DNA of 60,550 nt, filler included, from Globobulimina sp. (GCA_003354225.1; 15 parts of 15 records of this genome joined end to end with filler, not necessarily neighbours in it); one strand, 5' to 3'; numbered from the whole stretch's first letter, positions 20,232-32,174 are shown. The notes: generated from the letters alone by a model not told the origin. Program-made: numbers and translations.

Positions 20232-22967
20232 TTGTTGTTAGGTACTCAAGGATGGAGAAAATTTGCATATAAACATGTTGCTGAAACTTTTGAAACATAT
20301 TCCGGTGATGATTTAGAAAAACGGGAACGATTATTTGCAGTCAAACAATACAAAGAGATGATGCAGCATATGCCGGCCAGGCAAAACATGTTCAAAAAAG
20401 GAATGCATATGATGCAAGAGCTTGCCATGCCAGCCATGGAGCGTAGAGAGGCCATATATATGGAAGGCGCTGTTGTGGATGAAGCACTTGTTGTGGCGGA
20501 CGGTTTTGACACTGATGATGATTACGAAGATGACTTAGATGACCGAGATGACTTAGATGATGAGGATATGAAGGAAGCCGCAATACCGACCGAGAGTCCG
20601 CAAAAGGGAATGTGCAGAATGGCAGCACCAGCACCAAGACGATTTAATGGAATTTCGTACGAGAGAGTGTATGCAAAGAAACAACGTAAATTCTCAAAAA
20701 AGGAATTTGATGGTGGTATCATTAGAAATGATTTTGAATCCACAGTTTATGTTTCGAGAGATATTGAAACTAAATGTCATGACAATTATTGTGGTCAGTC
20801 ATTCCGCTTTGGCTTATCCGATGTGGTTGGGATTTATAAAGTTTTTATTGATGGATACGCATTCAACGCAGATGACAAAATAATTGCTTTTGGTTCTAAT
20901 ATTTTGAATATCAAAACTGAATTACCATTGGAAATAAATGTATTATTACCATCAATGTTAATGGCCGGGGATGAGCCGTTAGTTCCAGTGATGATTCAAG
21001 CAGCTACAAAACAGGAATTCATTCAAGTAAACATTGATTTTGATAATATTAATAGTGTTGCACTAAAAAATAGCAAAAAGAAACAAGACACAGTGAGAGA
21101 TGTTACATTTTTAAGAACATATATGCCGCTGCAATCGGCGCAGGTCAATAATAAAGTAAATATAACATTATCCGCAACAAATAATAGATATAAAGATTCG
21201 ATAAAAGAACAAGTTGAAGTGGTCATTGGTGGCTTTCCACAAACATTATCTTGGGGCGGTTTAATATCTAAAAATAAGGTCAAACGACAAGAATTTGAGC
21301 TGCCCTCTGATTATGTTGATAATACATTGAATATTGAGATTAAAGGTTATGTTTCACCGATTGGTCAATTAAATGAAGCAATAAAAGCATTAATCAAAGA
21401 GCCGTGCGGCTGCTTCGAACAAACATCATCAACTACTTATCCATTGGTGATGGCGTTGAAATATATGAATACCCACCGTAGCAATGTTGATCTCTCACTG
21501 ATTGACAAAGCTAAAGATATGTTAAGAAATGGATATAAAAAACTAATCTCTTACGAATCAAAGGGTGGTGGCTTTGAATGGTTTGGTGGCTCGCCGGGTC
21601 ATGAAGCTTTAACAGCGTATGGAGTGTTGGAATTTGCTGCAATGAATTCAGAGGATGCTGATATGAATGGTTTAGTGGATGAGACAATGTTGAAGCGAAC
21701 CATTGATTGGTTATTGCATAGAAAAGATAACAACGGAGGTTATATGCGCAATGAACGGAGTTTAGATTCTTTTGGTGCCGCACCGATAGACACTACTAAT
21801 GCTTATATTACATGGTCGTTAATGAGGTCAGGTTTGTTCCAGAAAGGAGATGTTCGATTGGATAAAGAAATCAATGCATTGCTTGAATTAGCGAAACAAA
21901 CATCAGATTCTTATATTATTGCTTTAGGTGCTTTGACGATGTTTGAGGTTGGCAATGCTAAGCAAGGAATTGAATTTGTGAATCGATTAATTGCGATGCA
22001 AGACAAAAAGAGTGGACTGGTTAAACAGATTGAAAATACAATAACTAACTCTGGCGGCAATGCGCGAGATATTGAAGCGACTGCTTTGGCCTCTTTAGCA
22101 TTTATGGCATCGAGAAATGATTCCTATGCAACAAATATTAGATTAGGAATTGAGTTTTTATCATCGAAGTGTAAGAATGGGGCATATTCATCAACGCAAG
22201 CCACTGCATTGTCGTTAGAAGCAATTGTTGAATATGATAAGTTATTTTCAGCACAAGTCAAGCCGGGCGATTTTGAATTATATATCGATGACAACTTAGT
22301 TGAAAGCATTCCATTTGGTGCTGGTAATTCGTTATTGATGTTTAACAGTGACAAGATTATCAATTATTTATTGGCAAATAATAATGATTTGAAAAGTTCA
22401 AAACATGAAATTAGCTTAAAATTAAAGCAAGAAAATATTAATGAATCTGATGAATCAAAGTTGCCGTATTCAATTTATATATGGTATAATGTCGCAAATC
22501 CAAAGTCCGACAAAAAAGTGTCAGTTGATTTGCAAACAAAGTTGGTGGGATTGGACTCTTTTGGAGTAATTAAAGAAGGCGATGTTGTCACATTAAATGT
22601 TGAATTGACAAATTTAAAAAGTGATGCAAATCTACCAATGGTTGTGGCTATTATTGGTATTGCGGGTGGTGTTGAGTTAAGAATTGAGAAATTAAGAGAG
22701 TTAAAACAAGGAAATGTTATTTCATTTTATGAAACGTCGCCGAATGAATTAATTTTATATTTTCGTTGTATTGAAAAAGGTAAAAAATTAATAATTCCGA
22801 TTGAATTATTAGCATTAATTCCTGGTGAATACGCTTCACCCGCTTCGAGGGCATATTTATTTTATACCTCTGAGTATAAATCGTGGTCAGATGGAATAAC
22901 CATTCATATTGAACCAAATAAAGAATTATTAGTTGATAAAGATGAGATTCATTATCTGTTTCAATGA
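20232..22967 (+). CDS. Alpha-2-macroglobulin/thioester-containing protein (bacterial-type), 5' partial
   Basis: Thioester EPCGCFEQT at about 21399-21425; LLGTQGWRKF, GGFEWFG, LTAYGV, STQAT; acidic bait-like region near the 5' end. Confidence 0.9.
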   Translation: MLLGTQGWRKFAYKHVAETFETYSGDDLEKRERLFAVKQYKEMMQHMPARQNMFKKGMHMMQELAMPAMERREAIYMEGAVVDEALVVADGFDTDDDYEDDLDDRDDLDDEDMKEAAIPTESPQKGMCRMAAPAPRRFNGISYERVYAKKQRKFSKKEFDGGIIRNDFESTVYVSRDIETKCHDNYCGQSFRFGLSDVVGIYKVFIDGYAFNADDKIIAFGSNILNIKTELPLEINVLLPSMLMAGDEPLVPVMIQAATKQEFIQVNIDFDNINSVALKNSKKKQDTVRDVTFLRTYMPLQSAQVNNKVNITLSATNNRYKDSIKEQVEVVIGGFPQTLSWGGLISKNKVKRQEFELPSDYVDNTLNIEIKGYVSPIGQLNEAIKALIKEPCGCFEQTSSTTYPLVMALKYMNTHRSNVDLSLIDKAKDMLRNGYKKLISYESKGGGFEWFGGSPGHEALTAYGVLEFAAMNSEDADMNGLVDETMLKRTIDWLLHRKDNNGGYMRNERSLDSFGAAPIDTTNAYITWSLMRSGLFQKGDVRLDKEINALLELAKQTSDSYIIALGALTMFEVGNAKQGIEFVNRLIAMQDKKSGLVKQIENTITNSGGNARDIEATALASLAFMASRNDSYATNIRLGIEFLSSKCKNGAYSSTQATALSLEAIVEYDKLFSAQVKPGDFELYIDDNLVESIPFGAGNSLLMFNSDKIINYLLANNNDLKSSKHEISLKLKQENINESDESKLPYSIYIWYNVANPKSDKKVSVDLQTKLVGLDSFGVIKEGDVVTLNVELTNLKSDANLPMVVAIIGIAGGVELRIEKLRELKQGNVISFYETSPNELILYFRCIEKGKKLIIPIELLALIPGEYASPASRAYLFYTSEYKSWSDGITIHIEPNKELLVDKDEIHYLFQ

Positions 22968-23244
22968 AATGACTCTTTCAATTCTCTTGCTCTTGCTGCT
23001 AAGTATTAATTTTATTTGAATGTTTGTCTCGATCATTCTCACATCAAAACCTATCTCACATGTTTCAGCAATCTGCCATCTTCCAGCAGTGCAAGGATAT
23101 TCCGAAACCAAATCCTTCTAAAAAGAAAAGAGTGAGCAAGTCAGCAAAAGTACTGGATGGGTTAAGGGATCATTTTTTGTAATGGATGTTGGATAATTAA
23201 ATAGAAACACATAGAATTAAATAGATGCCAAACGTTGTTTAATT

Positions 23245-24017
23245 TTATCTTAAAATTCTGGATGATATACATTTCATGAGCAATGCAAATATTTTGCATA
23301 TGAGATAGACAGAGATTACAGTTTCGATCAATATTATAAATCCACCCATTTTTTGACTGAATAATTGTTTACATTCATTTGAATTTTTATTCCAAAATTC
23401 CGAGCTTTGACCAGATACTTCACTGCAAATTACATTTATTTCCTTTCCATTCCAAAATCCCAAATCTGCCGATAACACTAAATAGTAAATAATTAATAAT
23501 AATTAAAGAGATGAATATATTTGTATTTCATAGATATATAACTGTGACACCTGGTATTTTGTAGCTTGGTCCGTTACGATAAATATTGCGAAGAATAGGA
23601 CGATGCAATAAAACATATTCCGGCATTAAAATAAATAATCGAAGGCAACAAAATGAAACAAATTGATGTTGCGATTAATATGCTAATCCAATATTTCTTA
23701 AACAATGCAAACAACGATGGGGTTGATGCCACTGTTCCATTGTTTGTAATAATTTGATATTTAGCGCCCACATCAATTGCTTTAGGGTTACGAGAGATAA
23801 ATGATAATGGAATAATTGGGTTATTTGCATTTTTTTGGTCATTGGCATCTTGCATTTGATGAACACCAACAACATCAACTTTGTCAGGCAATAGGAATGC
23901 AGAAGAAATAAGTTTCTTCAACTCTAAAACAGGAATTTCTTTGTAAACTCCAACTGGAACAGTATGATTTGCATTGTTCAAAAATAAATCAATCGCGCAC
24001 AAACTCACTGATGACAT
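23245..24017 (-). CDS. Small membrane protein (IYRNGP..GFWNG..IC..FW..C motif); intron 23550-23478; apparent 1-nt frameshift near 23630
   Basis: The alternate frame reads MPEYVLLHRPILRNIYRNGPSYKIP and splices in frame to VLSADLGFWNGK. Confidence 0.55.
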
Positions 24018-24275
24018 GCTTTTTTTTGGTGTTTTGCTGACTAGCTGGATGAGAGTAAAAACTTCACTAAATTTTCCTGTTTCTAGTTAATTCCATCATC
24101 AAAGGCGGACAGTTTCAAGAATACTAGTATATCCTACCAGAAATTGACGCTACACCACAATGACTTTAGTAGNNNNNNNNNNNNNNNNNNNNNNNNNNNN
24201 NNNNNNNNNNNNNNNNTTAATTAATTAANNNNNNNNNNNNNNNNNNNNNNNNNNNNNNNNNNNNNNNNNNNNTTT

Positions 24276-24479
24276 TATTACATTTTTCATTTTGTTTGAA
24301 AAGTCATTGGTCGCCGTCGTCTTTATGTGATTGAGTCAAGGTTTTTGAAGATAGATAGTGGCCATGCAATCATATACTATCCTACCAGTCTGCCATGGTC
24401 GAACTGAGAAAACCTAATCTACTTCCAAAAAAGACGACGACGCACAAACTACTTTTCAAACAAAATGAAAAACGTAATA
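24276..24479. mobile_element. MITE-like foldback element, 204 bp, ~50-bp imperfect TIRs
   Basis: TATTACATTTTTCATTTTGTTTGAAAAGT pairs with ACTTTTCAAACAAAATGAAAAACGTAATA; further inner pairing (CGTCGTCTTT/AAAGACGACG). Confidence 0.65.
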
Positions 24480-24924
24480 GGTTATTTTTTTTGAAATTTT
24501 TTTGTTTGAAAAATTATCTTTTTTTTTGAAAATTATATTTTATTATGTTTAATGATATTCATAAAATGTTAACAAATTGTCGATTAATCTGTGTTATCAA
24601 CATCACAGTGTCATCCAAATCATGACAAATAACGTTGGAAACTGTTTTCCAATTGTATTTACTCTGCTCACGCTGTCTTTGCTTGACATGATTACTTGAG
24701 TCGAAAATAATCAAAAAAACTCAGAATTCACTTCAAATCGAGAATTCGTCATCTTAATCGAAGAATTCCGAAAAAAGTATGACAGTATGAAATTTTTAAC
24801 CAAGAAAAGCTGAATCAGCATAAAAAATACTCTCAGCAAACATTTTTTTCAAGTTGTTTGATGAAAGTCTGGTGATCGATGAAAATCGTAAAAACAACAT
24901 TTTTAACCAGGCCACAGAAGCACT

Positions 24925-26075
24925 GTGCAGTTTTGTTTCCATAATTGTCAAATCATAAAAATAAATAATGTTTTCAGATTAAATATGACACACTCTCCCA
25001 ATATATTTTATTATTTTCACTGGTTGCGAGGGCAATTCAATCCCCACGATAATGCGGGTTTGTTGCATCCGAACAGCATCCAAACTATTGGCCCGCGAAA
25101 GAGACAGCGAACCGAGCACTATGGCTCCATATTCAGCAATAATACTCACTCGGAAATAGCACAATTCCGAAATCAGGCCCCCATCTCTTTCCACAATTCA
25201 GAACCAACAAATACCAATAATGGTGCACATAATATACAGCAGCAACATCAGTTGACAGAGGACCAAGACTTAGACATCGAAGACATGGACAGTTCGCGGT
25301 TTTTCAGTGGTTCAGTTCCAAACTGGCGACCATCTCATGTCACAGAGTTTCCAGCACGAGTCCCAGCACAAGTCCCAGCACAAATCCCGTCACAAGCACC
25401 GGCCCCAGCACCAATCCAAACCTCAAATGTGACAGATCCTACGAATGGATTGGCAGCACCACAACAAGCGATAGAGAAAATCGCAGAAAGTTACACAAAA
25501 GATGATCTGCGCAAAGTGCAAAAGGAAGCAGAGATTTACAGAGCTAAAATCGATGCCAGTTCTAAATATTTGTCGGAATTATTGGGCAATAATCCGTACA
25601 GAGCGGGAACGATTTTGAGCCTGCCGAGATATGAAGATCAGTTGAAAGCAGCATTAATGTCATGGAGGAGTTTGACGATGAGGAGGAGTTTGACGATGAG
25701 GAGGAGTTTGAGGACGAGGGTATGGAGATTGTGCAAAACCAAGAATTGTGTAATTTGGGTCGTGTACACAGAAGTGACGTGAACGAATTCGGTGACAACA
25801 ACTCATTTGTTGGCCAAGACAAAAGGGTGCCCAATGTCAAAATTGAAATCGACGAAATTGAGGATGAGGCTTTTGCAGCAGATGATGCAGACATATCTGA
25901 TGTCGATAATTCAATTAATTTATCGAGTGGTGCTGAATACAAACAACAGTGGCAGGAAGAAGTCGAGTTTACTTGGACGAGTATGTACCAGAGGCAAAAT
26001 TATAGTTTAGTGAGACAAATAGTGTACAACAAATGTTTAATAATACACAATCAAAACAATAGACGATGCTCCTGA
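24925..26075 (+). pseudogene. Low-complexity hypothetical gene with apparent frameshift near 25661 (Pro/Ala/Gln repeats, then acidic EEFDDE repeats)
   Basis: Two overlapping ORFs; 12-bp and 18-bp tandem repeats; lies in repeat-rich, decayed sequence. Confidence 0.35.
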
Positions 26076-26104
26076 GATATCTGCTGACAAATTCAAGTCA
26101 AAAA

Positions 26105-27243
26105 TGGACTTTGTGTTGGCTAACGACGCCATGATCCAGACTAGAAAACATTTGTATAAAAATTGCTATTATCAATTCACAGGTTTCATCTCTGCTATCA
26201 GCTAACAGTGACCATCTTTCTGAACACAGCAGTTGATGTTGGCTATATACTGGCAGAGAGAGTACAGTCAAGAACACTTAATTATAATACAATTATAATT
26301 AAGTGTTCTTGTTAGTATATAAAGCAATAATATTTTCAGATATGAGACTCATGGGATATGAGATTTATTGTATGTATTTTTTCAAAAGCATTATTTAGTT
26401 GTAATAGACATAGTGCATATTTGTCTTTCAGGTGTTTGTACTAGACGTACTGGTGACATATTTGATATCACAGACGATATGAGTGACACTGAAACACCAA
26501 ATTATAAATGATATGAGTTTGAATATTTCGCTATCAAATACAGTTCCATTCACGATATTATGTAAAGGTCATACCAAGTTTACAAACAACGCAGTCAAAT
26601 AGTGCGAATGACATTATCTGCACTTACATACACTGTCCTCATATCATGGTTTGCGTTATTCTGAGTCTCGTTTGAAACTGAGTTCTAAAAAAATTCAGGA
26701 AATTTCTGTTCTACGGTCTGATGGCATTGAAATCATATTTTGTATTGTATTGAACAAAACAAATATATTTGTGGCTAAAACTAAGGAGGAGCACATATTA
26801 TATTTTTATTGAACAAAATGATGCAACAGAAGAGTTTGAGTTGAAATTGAGGAACTGCAGTGTTAGGATGCCAACAAATGGATAACTTGGTATTGTTTTA
26901 TTAATTTGCCATTATTTATAGTTTTTTAGTATTCTTGTTTTATAACTTGGTATTGTTTTTTGGTATTTCTTTTATGAGTTGATATATGTATTATGCATAT
27001 ATTTTATACCAAATCATAAAAGAAATACAAAAAATAAAACTAAATTAATAAAACCAAATTAATAAAACCAAATTAATAAAACCAAATTAATAGAATCAAA
27101 TTATAACAAATTACCAATTTTTTTTATTTGATTTTTAAATTTTATTTGATTTTTGGTTTATTTATATTTTTGATTGTCTGTCTCAAGTCACTTCAAAATT
27201 TTCTAGTCTGGACCATGCCGTCGTTAGGAAACACAAAGTTCCA
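26105..27243. repeat. Pair of ~50-bp inverted repeats (26105-26154 and 27194-27243) about 1.04 kb apart
   Basis: TGGACTTTGTGTTGGCTAACGACGCCATGATCCAGACTAGAAAA versus the reverse complement of the second copy TGGAACTTTGTGTTTCCTAACGACGGCATGGTCCAGACTAGAAAA. Confidence 0.75.
26269..26311. repeat. Perfect 20-bp inverted repeat with 3-nt loop
   Basis: CAAGAACACTTAATTATAAT-ACA-ATTATAATTAAGTGTTCTTG. Confidence 0.95.
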
Positions 27244-27592
27244 AAAGCATACTCGGTCCAATACTCATTCCAATCACCAATCATAACAATTTGATCACTT
27301 CACGCGGTCCGTTCTTGAAACGCTGTTTATCCATCATTCGCGTTTCCATAGACATAAAACGACTTCCAAAGAAAATTTGGGAAATTTCTATTGATATGGT
27401 TGGACAGGATATTTCTAATAAAAAAGTCAAAAAGTATTATAAAAAGAGATATATAATTATGGGTGCAGCGACTATGGATCGACAGCATTCACTGTTCGAA
27501 CAAAATAATGCCACAGAAAGAATTTGGGTTGAAACTGAGGAACTGTGCAGTGTTAAGATGTCAACAAATGGATAATCTGGTATTGTTTTATA
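26809..27592. repeat. Degenerate ~95-bp direct repeats (26809-26903, 27496-27592) plus a 14-bp tandem AAATTAATAAAACC array (27042-27102)
   Basis: GAGGAACTG(TG)CAGTGTTA.GATG.CAACAAATGGATAA occurs twice. Confidence 0.75.
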
Positions 27593-27855
27593 ATTTGGTA
27601 TTTTTATTTTGGTTTTAGTTTTTATTTTTTCATTTGGTGTTTATTTTATTTTTAAATTTTATTTTGGTTTATATTATTTTCGTTTTTAGTTTTTGATTTT
27701 TATATTATTTTATTTTGGTTTTTGGTTTTCATTATTTTATATTGACATTTTTGTTTATTATTTTGGTTTTTGTTTTTTGGTTTTTGATTTTGATTATATT
27801 TTATATTAAAATTTTATTTTATTTTGGTTTTTATATTTATATTTTTTTATTTTTT

Positions 27856-28215
27856 TATACGACCCTATTATCTGACCCTATTATGTGACCATATTATATG
27901 ACCCTATTATCTTACCCTATTATATGACCCTATTATGTGATCTTAATATCTGACCCTATTATGTGACCTTATTATGTGATTTACCCTATTATGTGACCTT
28001 ATTATGCGACCCTATTATATGACCCTATTATACGACCCTATTATGTGACCCTATTATATGACCCTATTATCTTACCCTATTATACGACTCTATTATATGA
28101 CCCTATTATCTTACCCTATTATACGACCCTATTATGTGACCCTATTATCTTACCCTATTATACGACTCTATTATATGACCCTATTATCTTACCCTATTAT
28201 ACGACCCTATTATGT
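27856..28215. repeat. 13-bp minisatellite TAT-NNN-ACCCTAT with 39- and 78-bp higher-order structure, running off the contig end
   Basis: Monomers TATATGACCCTAT / TATCTTACCCTAT / TATACGAC(C/T)CTAT cycle in order. Confidence 0.92.
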
Positions 28216-28315
28216 NNNNNNNNNNNNNNNNNNNNNNNNNNNNNNNNNNNNNNNNNNNNTTAATTAATTAANNNNNNNNNNNNNNNNNNNNNNNNNNNNN
28301 NNNNNNNNNNNNNNN

Positions 28316-30021
28316 TGATCCAGACAAACAAAATAAATGTTTCATACAGAATTAGATATATTTTTATTGTTTGACTGGATAATTATTCTTCATTTCAATG
28401 GTATACAGCAATCAATACCTTTACAAAAACTTGAACAGCTTTGTCACGCGAATAACATTCATGTATAACCTCATCTGACCCCAAATGGAAAAATGTATCA
28501 TCAAATCTTTCCGCTGCTTCTTTAAAGAGTCCGTCAATTAATGTCCAGGTAAAATCTTTGGATGGATCTAATAAATGTGGTGACGGCGACTTACAGCTTG
28601 CCTTTATACATAATTGTGGGTAGCCTTTGCACCATGAACCTGCATGGCCCGGTGTATCAAACTCGGGAATGACTCTGATACCTAACTCTTTTGCATAATT
28701 TATTACTGTCAATATATCCTCTTCAGAGTATCTCTCGTAATATGAATAGGATCCGTTCCATAAATGAGGAAACGCATTGGATGAATAAGGAAATGATTCT
28801 TCGTCAACAATATGCCAATGGAACACATTAAACTTAATTTATATAACATTATGATATGAAGCTGGAAACAACGCGTATTATCTATTTTTGTTTCTAGCTT
28901 CATATTATAAGTTATCATAGAATTCAATTCCAAACTACCTTAACAAATGACAACGACAACAGGAAGCGTTTCAGTACAACCACCGGATGGAAATGACGCG
29001 CTGTATCTAGCATTACGCCACGATGTGGATAGCGTGGAAAATCTTTAATAACTCCAACATTTGTTTCATATGAATCAGTATAAAAATTATATTTTATGAG
29101 TTGTGATAACGTTTCCAATCCACGTAAAGCGCCATAGATCTTATTACTACGTAGTATTATCTCATTACATGAATGTTCATGAGCTGGATCATGAATTATT
29201 AGTTCATATCCTTCATCAAAACCAAAATGAAGTGAATCATCCTCTCCTCCATCTAACACATATATTATTAGTTTATTAATTGTGTCTTCTCCGCTGTATT
29301 CACGGTTACTTTTATGTGCAAACATTATGGATTTATAGCGCTGGATAGCTTTGCTCATTATTGGGTGGTCGACGTTGGATTCGTATTGGAATGAGGCCAC
29401 ATTGATACTTACAATATCTTCAAAGATGGTGTAACTTTGTGGCAGCGGCCAAATGTGGATCTGCGAGACGTCGTTAATGGCTTTTAACCGTGAAAAGATT
29501 TTGCGCGTCGCCTCGATGTCTCCGCATTTGACTTTTGCATTCTTGTCATTGTCATTGTCATGCATCTCATTGACGTCGACCTCATGTAAATTTGTATTTA
29601 TTGTTTGCGGAGCCGCGGCCGCCGGAATCTGAATTTTATGGATCTCCAATTGATCGAGAATGTGGTCCACATTTTCTATATGCGACGGATGATTGAGGCC
29701 GTCGTTGTTTGTGACGTAAGACGCAGTGTAATCGAGTGGCAAAGAAGGGATGTTTTCTTTGAATGGCATATGTGCGCGGAATGTGACAACCAATAAAATG
29801 ATAATAATCAAGACTGCCAATAAAACTATGCATTGAATGAAATGTGGAGTGCCTTTTTTATGCATGGCGGCATGTTGTGGTGCGGATGCGGATGCGGATG
29901 CAGATGGTCTTTGAGAGAGGGAAGAAGTGCGAGACGCAGAGGGCGACAAAGGATTACGCTGTCTGGACGACATTCTCTTAGCGGCTTTTCTGCGTTTCAG
30001 AGAGGACAAGTTTTCAAACAT
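28316..30021 (-). CDS. Beta-N-acetylhexosaminidase (GH20), type II membrane-anchored, 3' partial; intron 28938-28833 and another intron starting near 28418
   Basis: IWPLP, YGALRGLETLSQL, PHRGVMLDTARHF, NVFHWHIVD, IPEFDTPGH, HLGSDEV. Confidence 0.93.
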
Positions 30022-30089
30022 CAAGTTTTTTCTAAAAACACTACAAGGAAATTTTAAACAAAAATAAAAAAATGTCTTTTCTACAATAT

Positions 30090-32174
30090 TTACTCTGTTT
30101 GTTGGCTGTGTTGGTTGCCATATTGATCGAATTGTTTTGTCTCGAAAAAGGGTGTCTGGAATCTCGATTCGATATTTTTATTGATTCTGCAACATTTAAT
30201 CATAAAACAACACTGTTTGCCGCAATTCCGAAACGACTGCGCAATTTCATAATGGTTGTAAACAATCCACGCAATTAAAAACACGCAAAATGCGACCCAG
30301 TCGTACCACTCCGTCGTCTCTTCAAATATCTCAAATCCCTTCGCCACCCGATCAAAAAAGGCCGCCTGCCAATAAATTCTGTAAAACGACATCCAGAAAG
30401 TCACCACAAATATGCACAACAAGGCAATCTCCAAATATTTGCGACCCGCATTTCTTTTTACATTTTGCGCCGAAAAAAACCGATGCGGCTCATCGTCCTC
30501 ATTCTCCTCCATCACATCTTTATTTTCGTGCGGCGCAATCAGCCATTCCTTCGCAATCAACTTATCGTACTGCGCCTCGATCGTCGTATAATGCAAATTG
30601 CGGATATTAGCCAATTCGATTCTGTACTTCTCCAAAATCAACAATTTCAACTTTGTCACTGAGACTTTGCGATCCGACTTCTGCTGCAACTCTCGAATCC
30701 GCTTCTTATTCAACGCCAAAACATACCACCTTTGCAGCGGCGTCACGTCCTCAAACAAACAGCGCCGATATTCCAGCGGATAGTCGTCGTTGCTCTTCGC
30801 CAATTGCAACACATCATTTTTCCAGCCAAGTTTGCTGGGAACGTACCCGCTGACTCTGTAAAAGAACTGCACCGCCGTCCACTTCTCGCGCGCCATCATA
30901 TAATCGTCGCTGTCGATGGACTTTCCCAACGTCGTGGCGGCTAAGCTCAGGCCGCTGAACTGGATCAAGCCCGCAATCAACGCCAATAACGGGATCAACA
31001 CGTCCAGCAAAACAAAGATATATTGGTATTCTTGCTGGTTATCCAGGCCATCACCCTCTCCCTCTCCGCTCTTTATGGATTCGTATTGTTGCGGATAAAT
31101 AGCGGGCAATGCGATGGTGGCACCCAACGAGACCACAGCAAATGCGTTCGGTATACAGCTCCATTCGCTGCACAGCTGCGTCCAAAACCGCATATTTATC
31201 CTGCCCTGATTCAGACCGTTGGCCGTATCCAAGAAAATGTAGCCAATCAGTCCCACTGTGCCGCAATTCGCGTCTTCCAACACACTGTCACTGGCCGCCA
31301 AGAGCTCTGCCGGTAAGCTGCGATTCAGATAAAATTGCACCACTCGCATCGAGCCGATGCACCATTGAGCGCACGCACCGCAATAATGCAACAGTATGAT
31401 ACTGCATACTGCCACGATCCAAGCCAGCGAAATATGGAAAGAGTGGTTCAAAACCAGCACGAATACAAACAAAAAGCCGCCTGCAATGTCAATGATACTG
31501 CCGGGCATTAATGGCGTTAACATGACGAGAAACGATAATATTACATAGCCGCCGATCGCGTATATAGTGCCCAAGGAAGCCACGTAAGCCACAGCTTCGC
31601 CAAATATCGGTGTTATGCAACCAAATAAGATGTTAAAGATCAAAAATAAGATTGACGTTACTCGCATAATCTCGCAGATTATAACTTGCGACGGATGTTG
31701 TTTGTACCACGAAATAATATCTCTCTCGTTGGGTTTGCGTAACTTGCGACAGAGCCACATGAAGATGTAGCCGATGATGGACATGTACAGCAAGCCCTGC
31801 ATCCAACGGGATTCACTGAAATAGTACGAGATGGTGGGCCAATTACTCATTGCCGAGCAGAATAAGAAGAAAAAAGCACAATAATATATCACATCAATGG
31901 CAATGAGCGAGATTAGAAAGTTGTCGCCGCCCAAATTGCCTGTTGTTAACAATAATTTTTCATCCACCAACGACCATAACACATATTCTATTAAGCCGAA
32001 TATTATGGTCAATGCCACGAATATCATTGGCGCGTTGTGGCAGCATAAACCACTGAAAAATTCATGGAATTTGTGGAATTTATCAATCAAATTCAAAAAT
32101 AAAAATAAGATACATAAAAACCATAAGATGGCCGCATACGACATCTTGTAATAAACTGTCAATGTGCAGTGCAT
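30090..32174 (-). CDS. Multi-pass membrane protein, possibly with a VTT/DedA-like region
   Basis: 694-aa ORF with many TM segments; PLMPGSIIDIAGGFLF resembles the VTT motif. Confidence 0.55.
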   Translation of the reverse strand: MHCTLTVYYKMSYAAILWFLCILFLFLNLIDKFHKFHEFFSGLCCHNAPMIFVALTIIFGLIEYVLWSLVDEKLLLTTGNLGGDNFLISLIAIDVIYYCAFFFLFCSAMSNWPTISYYFSESRWMQGLLYMSIIGYIFMWLCRKLRKPNERDIISWYKQHPSQVIICEIMRVTSILFLIFNILFGCITPIFGEAVAYVASLGTIYAIGGYVILSFLVMLTPLMPGSIIDIAGGFLFVFVLVLNHSFHISLAWIVAVCSIILLHYCGACAQWCIGSMRVVQFYLNRSLPAELLAASDSVLEDANCGTVGLIGYIFLDTANGLNQGRINMRFWTQLCSEWSCIPNAFAVVSLGATIALPAIYPQQYESIKSGEGEGDGLDNQQEYQYIFVLLDVLIPLLALIAGLIQFSGLSLAATTLGKSIDSDDYMMAREKWTAVQFFYRVSGYVPSKLGWKNDVLQLAKSNDDYPLEYRRCLFEDVTPLQRWYVLALNKKRIRELQQKSDRKVSVTKLKLLILEKYRIELANIRNLHYTTIEAQYDKLIAKEWLIAPHENKDVMEENEDDEPHRFFSAQNVKRNAGRKYLEIALLCIFVVTFWMSFYRIYWQAAFFDRVAKGFEIFEETTEWYDWVAFCVFLIAWIVYNHYEIAQSFRNCGKQCCFMIKCCRINKNIESRFQTPFFETKQFDQYGNQHSQQTE

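Noticed and set aside
27856-28215. CRISPR array or telomere; ORFs 28045 and 28058
   Set aside because: There are no unique spacers, the strand orientation and unit are wrong for a terminal telomere, and the ORFs are repeat translations
30290-31399. Many overlapping plus-strand ORFs
   Set aside because: They are antisense shadows of the GC-richer 30090-32174 gene
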